Of a stretch of 41,453 nt of DNA, positions 1-11,263 are shown one piece after another. The notes beneath the pieces were generated by a model. That model saw nothing but the letters and a program-made list of their open reading frames with translations. It was not told the origin of the DNA and searched no databases. Positions within the stretch are counted from its first letter, which is position 1, and each line of letters starts with the position of its first letter. Made by a program: the position numbers and the translations under genes. Source of the DNA: Cyanophora paradoxa CCMP329 (lineage: Eukaryota; Plantae; Glaucophyta); NCBI GenBank assembly GCA_004431415.1, contig QPMI01000440.1, forward strand, positions 1 through 41,453, read 5' to 3'.

Positions 1-84
1 AAATGACAAGGGATTTAAGGGTAAGGTGTGTTTGATTGGTGAACCGGACAAATTATTTTCTCGTCCATATAAGGAACATATCAA

Positions 85-276
85 ATGGAAACTGAATCTG
101 TGGTCGAATTCGAACTTGCAATGAGCGAAATGGATCCCAATGAGAGGAAAAGGTTGTATGACCGCTTGTATTTCCAGAAACGCTATCAAGATGAGGAATT
201 TCGTGAATTATATCGTAAAAAGGCACTGGAACGATATCGCAGGAAAGCTGCTGAGATGGATCCAATAATCCAGTAA
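85..276 (+). CDS. Small basic/helical hypothetical protein
   Basis: 63-aa ORF rich in R/K/Y/E (RKRLYDRLYFQKRYQDEEFRELYRKKALERYRRK), preceded by the AAATGACAAGG motif. Confidence 0.55.
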   Translation: METESVVEFELAMSEMDPNERKRLYDRLYFQKRYQDEEFRELYRKKALERYRRKAAEMDPIIQ

Positions 277-436
277 AACGCCCAGTAGGTCGTCCCAGGA
301 AAATACTGAACCGCCCCAAAGTCCAGATATCCGCTGAATCCTTTTTGTTACCATGATCAATCGACTTTTCGATGGATCATTACCATATATCGAGCGCCAA
401 TCGGAAAACCCAAAGGTATTTAAAGGTTAGGCGCGC

Positions 437-450
437 AAAAAATGACAAGG
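437..450 (+). promoter_or_regulatory. Putative early promoter motif AAAAWTGAC(AAGG)
   Basis: Recurs at 1-11, 437-450, 3136-3145 (+) and 8555-8569 (-), each upstream of a same-strand ORF. Confidence 0.55.
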
Positions 451-502
451 ATCCGGAGAAATTAATTTCTCCATTAAGTATAAGAAGCCCCCGATTTTCG
501 AA

Positions 503-2858
503 ATGAACGCTGCCGCCAAGAAATCCCTGAAACGCCTTGTTGACTGGCTTCGTGAAGACGATGTCCTGTCTGAGAATCTCGTAATTCCTGTTGATCCTGA
601 TACCAAAAACCGCTTTTCGCTCATAAAGACGGAACCTGGATTGGGATAAATTCGATGAAGCCCTGAAATCCGGTAAATATACTGCTTGGGGCATTCTCGC
701 TCGTAATATCATGGTAATTGACTTTGACCAAGAGGAGGATTTCGCCAAATTCGAGGAGCAATTCCCTGATGATTTCGGTGGTGTCAATCCTCTTGCTAAA
801 ACCAAAAAAGGATATCATGCATTCTTCGCTCGACCTGCTGAATTCGACACCATTAAGATCTGGGATAAAGCAGGTGCATTCAAAGGAAACCCCAAGATCG
901 ACTGCAAAACGATTGCATCCACTGGGACTGCTGGGGTGATTAATGTTTGCCCCAGTCCCAACAAAACATGGATCAGAGAGCCATGGGCATCTGAGTGTGA
1001 GTTAAATGAACCACTGCTGAGTTGCAAAAGTGGATTGTTGAAAACTACGAATTCCCCAAAGGTGCACATTCTTATATTGCAGGTGCGCTGAGGAGAATTT
1101 GCAGAAACACATTCTTTCTAAACTGGAAGAATTCGGTTTCATCTTGCCCACAATCATCAATGAGACCAAGATGGGATACAATTTCACTGCTGAGAACAAA
1201 GGTCTGATCTGTCCCTGCTGCAAGGGAAGCCATGACTCGAACAATTGGTATATTGTTCAAGGGAAGGAGAAAGACAAATATATTGTTTCGAGTTACAGTG
1301 CAAACTGCAAGAAGCGAAGCATCACAGTTCGTGTGAAGGAAGAGACAGATGTGAAGATCGAAAATCTGATTGATCGGTCTGCTGGATCTGATGGTGCCCA
1401 TTATGATGTTGCACAGGTTGCCTATCTTGTTCTGCAAGACAAATACAAGTATTCCAACAAGACCTGGTTCAAGTTCAATGATATATGTGGGATTTGGGAG
1501 ATGGATGAAACTGGGAAGCGAATCTTTCTCTGTTTGAGCTGCAAGGTCTGTCCAGTTTATCTTCAACGTTCTGTTCAACTCGCACAGAGAGCTCTTCGTG
1601 ATGAAGAGAACCGCAATTCCTTGGAGGAAAGGTCAAAGATTCTGCTGGGAATTGCTAAGAGCCTCAAACAGACTACATACAGAACTGCACTTATGTCTGA
1701 TCTTTCAGTTCTGTTCAGTGACAAGACCTTTTTCGAGAGACTTGATACTGTTCCCAACATCATTGGATTCACAAATGGTGTATTTGACTTGAACTCCATG
1801 ACTTTTCGACAGGGACTCCCAGATGATATGGTGAGTAAGACTGTTGGCTACGATTACACCACAGAAATTGACCAAGAGAAGGTTGCAAAGATTAAATCCA
1901 TCTATGCAGATATTATTGAATCGGATACAGACCGCGAATTCATGCTGGGATTAATCGCCTATGCCCTGAGTGGTTTGACAGAAAATCAGAGATACACTTG
2001 CTTGGACTGGAATTGGAGCAAATGGGAAATCACTGCTCCAAGAGTTGGTGAAAGACACATTTGGTGAGTATTATGGGTCACTGGACATGACATATTGGAC
2101 TAAACCCAAGAAGAGTTCGTCAGAGGCTTCCCCAGAACTCGCTTGCATTCTTGGTAAACGAATTGTTTTCAGTAATGAAGCAGAAGATGGTGATATGCTT
2201 CAACTGAACAAAATCAAACAGGTTACTGGTGGGAATGAGATGAAGGTTCGAGCTCTTTTCAAAGATCTTGTTACATTCATTCCCATGTTCCAGTTGTTCT
2301 TGTCCACAAATGACAACTGGGAATCAGTAAACCAGATGCAGCAATCCAAAGGCGAATTATCTACTACCGATTCGAAAATGTCTTCAAGGTCGATCCTCAG
2401 CCTGGTGAGAAGAAAGCAGACACCACTCTCATGCGCCTAATGAAGAATGATGACGATTATAAAATGGCGCATATGTCCATTCTCCTGGAAATGTGGAGAA
2501 CCCATTCTCTCAATGAATTCGTCACCAAACCCCCCAGTCCATTGTTGATCAAGGTGTGAATATTTCAATGAGAATGACAAGATTGGAGAATGGATTCGTG
2601 AGAGTTATGAACTCACCAAGAGTCAAGGGGATTTCGCCACAAGTGAGTCCATTATCAGTCACTTTAAGATGATCACATGGGCAAATCTGATGAGAAAATC
2701 ACAGAATGCACTATTTGAAGAGACTTCGCGAAGTCTTTAATGTGAAGGCTGAGAGAAAACGAGTCAATGGTGTTCTTGCTCGTGGCTACTTTGGGATCAA
2801 AAAGAAGCATAGTCGCAAGTTGGTGGATGACAGTGATGTTGAAGGTGGGGATGAGTAA
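503..2858 (+). CDS. PrimPol (AEP) - Zn finger - D5-like SF3 helicase fusion, frameshifted in the assembly
   Basis: AEP motifs VIDFD and TKKGYHAFF; CPCCKGSHDSNN Zn finger; D5_N-like GFTNGVFDL; Walker A read across a frameshift (~2003-2035, TGIGANGKS); ELACILGKRIVFSNE (Walker B region); LFLSTN (motif C). Confidence 0.88.
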
Positions 2859-2919
2859 AAAAACGAATCGATTCTATACTGTTGAATTTCTATTTTTTAA
2901 AAACCTTACTGTAAATGGT

Positions 2920-3056
2920 TTGTGTGACAGCTGTGACACCTTTTTAATTGAGTGTGACGCCTGTGACGCCTGTGACGCCTGTTTTCAAACTAATTTTTAA
3001 AAATTTAAAACCTCTGAAAACAGGTGTCACAGGCGTCACACGTCACACCCAATTAA
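2920..3056. repeat. Palindromic TGTGAC/GTCACA iteron module (internal copy)
   Basis: TTAATTG-(TGTGACGCC)x3-TGTTTTCA, AT-rich spacer, TGAAAACA-(GTCACA)x3-CCCAATTAA. Homologous to modules at 31831-31950 and 32119-32240. Confidence 0.85.
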
Positions 3057-3437
3057 CCACAGACTCCCCCTGTGGGTCGATCACTTTTCCGAAATCGACA
3101 ATATAAAACGTATCGGAAAATCGGTGTGTTGTGACAAAAATTGACTGGCGATTTAAGGGATCGTTGCGTTTTCACTTGACTAAGACAGAAAATGGATTAT
3201 TTCGATGAAATTCGGCGGCAGCTTGTCGAAAAGAATGATATTGCAGAGGTGGCGGATTATATTGCAAAGATCAGAGCAGGTTATGGTAGACCTATCAAAA
3301 GAAGCGTGTTTATGCAAGCAGACTCGACACAGTAATGTATATGTCCCCAAAGGCACGAATGTGCGAATTATCAGAACCTGAAAAATGGGAAATGCGTTTA
3401 AAATGCCCAAAAATAATATGTTCCCTTAAAGTAAAAG

Positions 3438-6400
3438 ATGCCCCGCCAATCCAATAGAATCATCAAAGAGAAGAAAAACGAAATACTCGGTCTTTTAGGA
3501 ACCCTTTTAGTCACTGGTGATATTACAGAATTCGAATATGATCGCCAGGCAGCAATCTTGGATAGGAGACCAAGATTATCTCAACTCACAGAAATTACAA
3601 ATCGCCTCTATGATCGTTTTGAGAAAATGGAGGAATTCAGGGATGAAGGTTTAAGGTTGGGAACAATTGAACCCGAGATTGAGATGGGGAAGCAATGAAC
3701 AAAGCATATTCTTGGTTAACCTATCGAGCAAGAGGGAGGTTATCCAAGATGGGATTGAATTCTTGGAGAGAATTGCACCCACTCTACCTCAGAGACTCAG
3801 ACAGAAACTCCAAGACCTGAGAGCAATTAAGACTCGGTTGACCTTCATTTGTAAATTCACCAAAGTGAGTGATCCAAGGGTGTGGATCACCAAATTCATT
3901 TACAGTGATTACTTTGTCATCACAAGATCACGAAATATTGATGTTGAACTGCGAAATGCCCTTCAATCCATGCAGGAGCAGATGATGCAGGTGGACAGTT
4001 ACAGACTGGATCGCATTGAGATGCTGAGAGTGGTTATAATGTCTTATGCTCCTGTGGGTGGTTGCTTCTTCTCAACACCTGAGTGGATTGGATCAAAGAG
4101 AGCAACTGTGAATGTGAAGAATATTGATGGTCAAGACTGCTTCAAGTATGCAATCTTGGCTTACCTGCACCGAAATGATATTAATAAACACAAGAGCAAT
4201 GAACCCAGCCAGTATAGAAGATGGTTAAACGAACTCAATTTCGAAGGCATCCAGTTTCCAGTTGCCTGTGATGCAGAGGTTATTGATCGATTTGAGGAGC
4301 AGAACCCTGAACTGAGTATCAACATTTATGGGCAGATAATCAAGCACAGTGTTTCTATCCTCTCCATCAATCCAGCAACCCCAGGAGAAAGACCAAGATT
4401 AACCTTTTATTAATCGAAAACGAAGAGGATGATAGAGGGCATTATATCACCATCATGTCTCTGAGTAGACTTCTGAAAACCACCTTTGATAAAGCCCATG
4501 ATGGTCGCATTTATTACTGTGAGACCTGTCTGTCTCGTTTCAGAACTCAGGAGAAGCTGGATGTACATATAGAAGCGAATCGCTGCATTGATTGGAGGGA
4601 GAGCAAAGGTAAATGCCCGAAATCTGGAAGTCACATTGCATTTGGTTCAACACCTTCGCAAAACTGTGTGGCTTCCCACTATCTGCTATGTGAAAATGGA
4701 TAGTCACTCGGTTCCAATTGATGAGAACCGCAGTAAGAGAGAGGTAAAATCGGTTTCTCTAACAGTTGTGATGGGGGATGAGGTGATCTCTCATTATTTC
4801 GAGGATCAGATCCACTTGGTGCTCTGTTTACCACTCTCACAGAGATCAGACCCCAAGTAATTCGCACTCTATTCACCAATATTCCAATGCACCACTCACA
4901 GAGAGCAGAAAGCACAATACAAGATCACTAAACACTGTTATATCTGTGCTGAACGATTTACCCATGAGAATTTCCCAGTGAGAGACCATTGTCATCAATC
5001 AGGGAGCATTTATTGGGAAAGCATGTCGAAACTGCAACCTCCACAGGAGAATCTCAAAGCAAACGAAAGTAGCAATTGTGGTGGATCACAGGATGAATGT
5101 GGACACGAAATATCCGCAAAATTGCACAGCAAGATGATAAACTTCGTGTTGAGATCCTGAGCAAGAATTTCGATCAATACCTCTCTCTGCAATGGGGCAT
5201 GTGGAAATTCATAGATGCTTCGCACTTCATGGACTTCCAGGCAGTGGATGCAAGTGATCTAATGGGTAAATTCCAGAAATTCCGAGAATTGGCGTTTTCC
5301 CAATATGATTAGATCCTGCCCATTATGTTTCGGCTCCTGGATTATCCTGGGATGCAATGCTAATTTACAACCAGAGCAAAGATCGAGCAGATCAGTGATG
5401 TAGGGCAATACGAATTTAGTGAAGGGCAATTCGAGGTGGGTTTGCTACAATGCCTACTCGATATGCAAAGGTGGAAAACCCAGATGACCATATAGTTTCT
5501 CTTGGATGCAAATAATCTGTATGGTTTATGCTCTCATTCAAGAACTGCCCATTGGAGATTTTCGATGGGAAGATGTCACAGAGGCACTTAAAGAGACCCT
5601 GGACGAAGTGCCTTTATTGAAGTAGACTGGAATACCCACAAACTCTCACAGATCATTACGATTTTCCACTTGTAGTTAATAAAGAGCAAATCACCACCGA
5701 AATGCTGGGTGAGTATCAACGAAAACTACTGGATATCACAGGTGAGAAGATAAGCAAAGACCCAAACTCACAGCAACATTCTCACCCAAAACAACTATGT
5801 GATTCCCAACCTCTCTTGATCTATCTGTGAGCAAAGGTATTATAATTAGAAGGTTCACAGGTTCTCTCATTTGCAACCTCTGCATTCATGAAGAGTTATA
5901 TTGATCTAAATACGAAACTGAGGCGCCAATCTATGTCCAGATTCGAGAGTGACTTCTTTAAATTAATGAACAATGCAATCTATGGTAAATGCCTCGAATC
6001 ATGCAGGGGTCGCTCTGTGGTTAAGATTGCTAACAGTGAGAAACTCTGCAAGAAATATGCTGCAAGTCCACTCATCAAGGCAACCAATGTATTAAACGAA
6101 AATGCTGTTGCCTTTGAGATGTACTCAAAGCATGTTCACTTAGATAAACCTGTTGCAATTGGTGCTTTTGTGCTGGATTTCGCGAAACTCCATAACAGCA
6201 GGTTCTTTTATGATGTGGTGAGGAGAACTTGGGAAACAGCAGAGCTACTATTCCATGATACAGATTCTTTCTGTCTAATGCTTCATACCAATGATCTTAA
6301 TAATGAGATGAAGCGAATTTCTGAACACCTGGATTGCAGTAATTATGATCCCTCCCGCCCTCTCTTTGATAGGAGCAATCGTTTGATTCCAGGTAAATAT

Positions 6401-6703
6401 AAAAACGAGTTTCCCAATGCAAAGATTGTGGAGTATGTAGGTCTGAGATCGAAACTCTATGCTTTCAGAACTGAGACCTTTGATAAAATTAAGATGTCTG
6501 GTACTTCCTCCAAAGAGGTTCACTTTGATGATTTCAAGAGATGCCTGTTCGAAGGCATCACCAAAACAGTAGCAGTAGTAAACAAGCGAAGGCAAGACCA
6601 CAACCTATATGATTTGGAGAGCAGAAGGGTGGCTCTAAACCAACTCGATAGCAAAAGGAAGATATTAGACGATGGAATTCACAGCATTCCATTTGGGCTC
6701 TAA
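3438..6703 (+). CDS. polB: Protein-primed family B DNA polymerase (Polinton-type), frameshifted in the assembly
   Basis: CFKYAILAYLH..FPV..FEEQNPELSINIYG N-terminal block; C2H2 (CETCLSRF..H..C); Endo VII-like CYIC..VRDHCH..CNL; DPAHYVSAPGLSWDAML; LDANNLYG; KLMNNAIYGK; FHDTDS; GKYKNE; EYVGLRSKLY. Confidence 0.92.
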
Positions 6704-6886
6704 TCTACTTCATCAATCTTTCTTTTTCTTTGGTTTCGCTCTCCAAGAAGTAATAAACCGCGAATTAAATGCAGCAGCCATATACATCTTAATCCTGGAT
6801 CATTGGGCTCGATTGCAAAATAGTTGGGAATGGGACTGTCTTTCCACACAGACTCTTGCATTTATTATATGAGAGATAAGGTAAAG

Positions 6887-8150
6887 ATGCCTTCTACACA
6901 AATAGGATTGAGACAACCACCCAGAATTGTTAGAAAAGAAGCAATTGAAGATCGAGGGAATATTCTGCCCATCACAGTTCCAGTGGAGGAGAAGAGCAGT
7001 CGAATATTAAAAAGATCAGAGATGGTCAAGCAATTAATTCCAGAGACCCTCCCAGCTGAGACAGCACCAAAAGAGTCGAAGATTGCTAAGAAGTTCTATG
7101 ATCCCAGAACAGGTTACAAGGGATTTACTGCAATGAGACAGGAACTACCAGAGGAGAACTACAAGAAAATGAGAGAATGGTATGATAAGCAGGAGGTTGT
7201 CCAAATTAATGCACCTACCCTATCTCGAAAGAGAGATCCCATGATTCCAATTAGGCAACCCCTTGATACATATGTGATTGATCTGCTCTTCTTTCCTGCA
7301 TACAAAAAGCAGAATGATGGTTATGATACATTTATGAGTGCAATGGAATCAACCCTAAGAACTGGGTTCATCATTCCAATGAGAGACAAGAGTGCTCTTA
7401 CTACACTTGCAGCATTCAAGCAACTTGAACAGAGAGTCCCCAGACCAATTGTTCGCATTCAGAGTGATAGTGGAAGCGAATTTACCAATGTCTTATTCAC
7501 AGATTATCTGGGAACCAAATTCATTGAGCATCAACTAAGTGATGTTGCAGATCACAGAACCCAAGGTCGGATTGAAGCCTTTAACAGACAGATCAAGAGA
7601 TTAATCACAAACTACTGCATTGCAAATAATACTGCACGATTTTTTGATGTGTTGGGTGATATTGAGTATAATTATAATAATACCATTCACTCTGCAACCA
7701 AGAGAAAACCAGCAGAGACACAGAAGCCCACTACAAAGAGATTGTGAATATGGAGGATCAGAGATTCAAGAAATCGATTGAGTATCTTGATGCTCTGAAA
7801 CCTGGAATGTTTGTGAGAGTGAAAGTTGAAAAGAACCCATTTGCAAAGCAGGGAGTTAATTGGTCTCGAATTGTTTATAGTGTGGAGGGCAGAGAGGGCT
7901 TCAAGTTCAGAATCAGAAGTCCCAGTGGTGAGATAGTTGATGGTAGATTCGCTTTTCATGAACTGCTGCCCATTAAGGCGTTGAGTATCATGAAACTCCC
8001 ACAGTGGATGCTCTTGAACAGGCAAAGGAGGAAGCCAGGGTTGATTCAGCAATCAGAAAGGAGGGCATAGAAAAAGCAAGTGAAGTACCAAAGAACCCCT
8101 TACAGAAGCAAGAGCACAAAAGAAGGGTAGAGTAGAGAAAGAATTAAAGA
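6887..8150 (+). CDS. Retroviral-like (rve) DDE integrase, Polinton type; 3' end frameshifted and approximate
   Basis: YVIDLLFF (D), IQSDSGSEF (D), GRIEAFNRQIK (E), YNNTIHSATKRKP; SH3-like LKPGMFVRV..FAKQGVNWSRIVYSV in ORF 7744-8070. Confidence 0.9.
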
Positions 8151-8284
8151 AGTTGACCATAGCAGGAACCAGAAATTATCAGAAGTTAACAGTCAGAGAT
8201 GGTATAATGACTTTTCAACCACCAAGGAAACATATACTGCACCCCAAACTCGATTCAATCTACGAAGTGGGCAGAGGAAATAGA

Positions 8285-8527
8285 TTAACAACGCTTTCGG
8301 AATCTCTTAGACCTCTGGCGAATTTTTCTCATTTGTCTATCTTTTTCAAGAATTTCCAAGAAGAAAGTTTCAAGGTTTGAAACCAGTTGGTAATTATAAA
8401 CAAAGAACAGTCTCACATGCTCTGGCTGTGACATGAAGAAATTGTAATAGAAAGCAGTTTTGAAATCATGGATCCAGTCTGATTGGGCAGCATGGATGAT
8501 AGCAGGGTCTTGGTAGATGGGATCCAT
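8285..8527 (-). CDS. Hypothetical protein (~80 aa, starts MDPIYQDP)
   Basis: Open frame preceded ~30 nt upstream by AAAAAATTGACAAGG, the motif also found upstream of the replication genes. Confidence 0.5.
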   Translation of the reverse strand: MDPIYQDPAIIHAAQSDWIHDFKTAFYYNFFMSQPEHVRLFFVYNYQLVSNLETFFLEILEKDRQMRKIRQRSKRFRKRC

Positions 8528-9677
8528 AGCAGAATTTGAGAGAATCCAGAAAATCCTTGTCAATTTTTTATTTTGTTAGTGCCCGATATCAACGGAATCT
8601 GATAGCCGCTGACGAGAGGATTCCGAATCTGTTTTCAGAATTGAAAACGGAGCAGTTGGTGAAGAGTTACCTGCGTTTATCGGTTGACTCAACTTGACTG
8701 TGAACTGCGCGCAATCGCGAACCGTCAAGTATATATGCATATATATATATATATACACTTTTTTACCAGAAATTCCGTTTGACCAAACCGAGATTACGGA
8801 GGTTTTGTGTATATATGCGGTATATATGTCGAGAGTTGTCTGTTGGATTTCCTGGGCTCCCTCTGGACATCAATCTTGTAATAATTGTTGTATTTCATAC
8901 AAAACATCAATGGAAGTTGTATTCGATAGCGATGATGTCCATGAATGTTGAGGCTGATAGAAAATATTAATGAGTTTTGAGGCTGATAGAACTTATGAAT
9001 TGTTGTTGAGGCTGATAGATTGCAGAAGACTTTTTGATGATGCAGATAGAATTTCCAGATGCAGACATCTATGATTGTTGTACTCGATACAAAACTCTGG
9101 CTTCCCTATTGATGAAAGACTTTGGTTATGACTCATTGTTGATATAGATATCAACAATGAGTCGTCTTCGGATATCTACCTCAACAGTTAGTCATAACCG
9201 ATATCTATATCAACAATAAGTCATAACCTCCGAAAGAGTGCAACATATATACACCATATCTACACCATACATTTCGTGTGACCCTGAGCCCCAGAGTCGC
9301 CGACCGATCGCGACCAATCCGCTATTTTGTGGTCAAAATGTATATTTGCGCATATATACTTGACGGTTCGCGTTACTACTGTCGGCATCGCGTAACGTTC
9401 CCACTGTGGGGCTTTCGGCATCTTCAAACGCTTGTATCTCACCACCAGATCATCAGATCGTGACCGTCAACATAGCGCTGGAAAGCGCTTGCAAAGACCT
9501 ACACGATGGTGTAGGTATCAAGTACATATACGTATATATTACATACAAATATTTCGAAAAACGATTAATCGGCTACTTTCTACTGTAAGGAACATACAGT
9601 AAAATAATGCGAAAATACAGTAGCTACTGTAAAAATCGCCATAATCTGGTGCACCATACATCAGAAGTCCTGATGTA

Positions 9678-11215
9678 TCATACACTTCGAATAAATGCAC
9701 CTGTGACATCCACTCTCATAGTTGGGCATTTATATATACAATTGGATAAATACGAATAAACTTGTCCTCAGAGGGTAGCCAATATAGAAAACGTCTTTAA
9801 TAGAGGTGGGATACCCAGAACTGTATGAGACATCACCACTGTTATGGCATTATTAATTGTTTCACACATGAACACTCTATTCACACTTCATACTTGATAA
9901 ATGACCAGGAAACACCATCTTGTGAGGTTGCAACATTGAAGGTCTTAACAAAGGCATTGGTCACACCAGACCCATATGCAATTATAGATGCTACCTCATA
10001 TATATATGGGAAGGATACTTGGAGATACTCAGTGGGAACACTCCATATCCCATCAGGAGCAGATGCATTTGCCTCCCAACCTGTTAAAGAAGGTCTTGCT
10101 TTAAATGCCTCCCTTCCAATTTTTGATGATGAAGCAGTGAAAGCACCATCTGATAGAAGATACCAGTTAGCATCAATGGGAGGTATGTTATTCAGAGTTG
10201 ATGATATATAGAACCTTGCAGGGTTCTTGATTTCATAATTTGCAACCAGTAAATCACAGAGTCTATCAATCATCACAGTGTTTGCTGCTATATACATTTC
10301 GGTTGCATCTATCATATCAGGGATCTTAGAGGTATCATCCAGGGAGTTTACTATGGTCTTTGGAAGTGGGACAGAGAGTCTATAATATCTTGCATATCCC
10401 TGATCATCATTATATGGGAGAAACTCTTGCATCTTTTCCAGGGCTGAGAGTTCACTTGCAGCCATCAACATATTAATTAATGGACTCCCAGAGGTCGAAG
10501 CAATCCATGAGAGAATGCCCCAGCTGTTGACATCTTCATAGGAATATCCCACATTTGGGGCATCTGTTTCATTGACCTCACCACAGGATATACTGATCAC
10601 AATTATATCATCATCATCATCATAGATCTTTTTAGCATGGCTGTAACCACATACACTGGGATTGTTGTTACCTGATATTGCACCATCAATTAGAGACATC
10701 CCATCATAGTTCACAGGTGAGAAGTAAGTAGGTGCAGCAGAGGTGGATCTTGCAGCAATCTTGCTGGGGATGGATTTGTAGGAATTATCATTGGTGATAA
10801 AGATGGGCTTCATGCTCACAGTGTCAAAACTGGTGATCACCACATCTTTCAGAGAGTCTTGAATGAGAGACTCACCAGTAACAGTGAGAATGGCTGTCTC
10901 CAATGGGGTCACATCATACTTGGTGTTGAAGAGGGCATTATCTATTATATTTCGGGGATTTGCAAAGATTAAAGGCAGTTGATTGAGATAAGTGGAATGC
11001 AAATCGGTTGCAGTGAGTTTAGGTTCGTTTGGAAATTCGGGATTTTTCACATTGAGACCAATAGCAATTATCCCACCAGTGGATGTACCACTCACCAGGT
11101 CAACAAGGTCAATTACTCTTTTTCCTGTTCGAGTTTCGATTTCTTTTAGCAATCTCGTAATAATTATACCACGAGCTCCCCACCTGAGAGACTGAGAATT
11201 ACACGAAGGGGCATC
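9678..11215 (-). CDS. Patatin-like phospholipase fused to a C-terminal discoidin (F5/8 type C) domain
   Basis: N-terminal LSLS-GGARG oxyanion loop (across a frameshift), GTSTG nucleophile, ARSTSAAPTYF, DGA acid. C-terminal ASS..W..EYLQVSF..VKTFNVATSQDGVSW, and FIRIYP..MRV.VTG in the next frame. Confidence 0.85.
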
Positions 11216-11263
11216 TTTACTTTACTCAAATTTAATAAATCTCTATAAGTAAAGTGAACAGGG

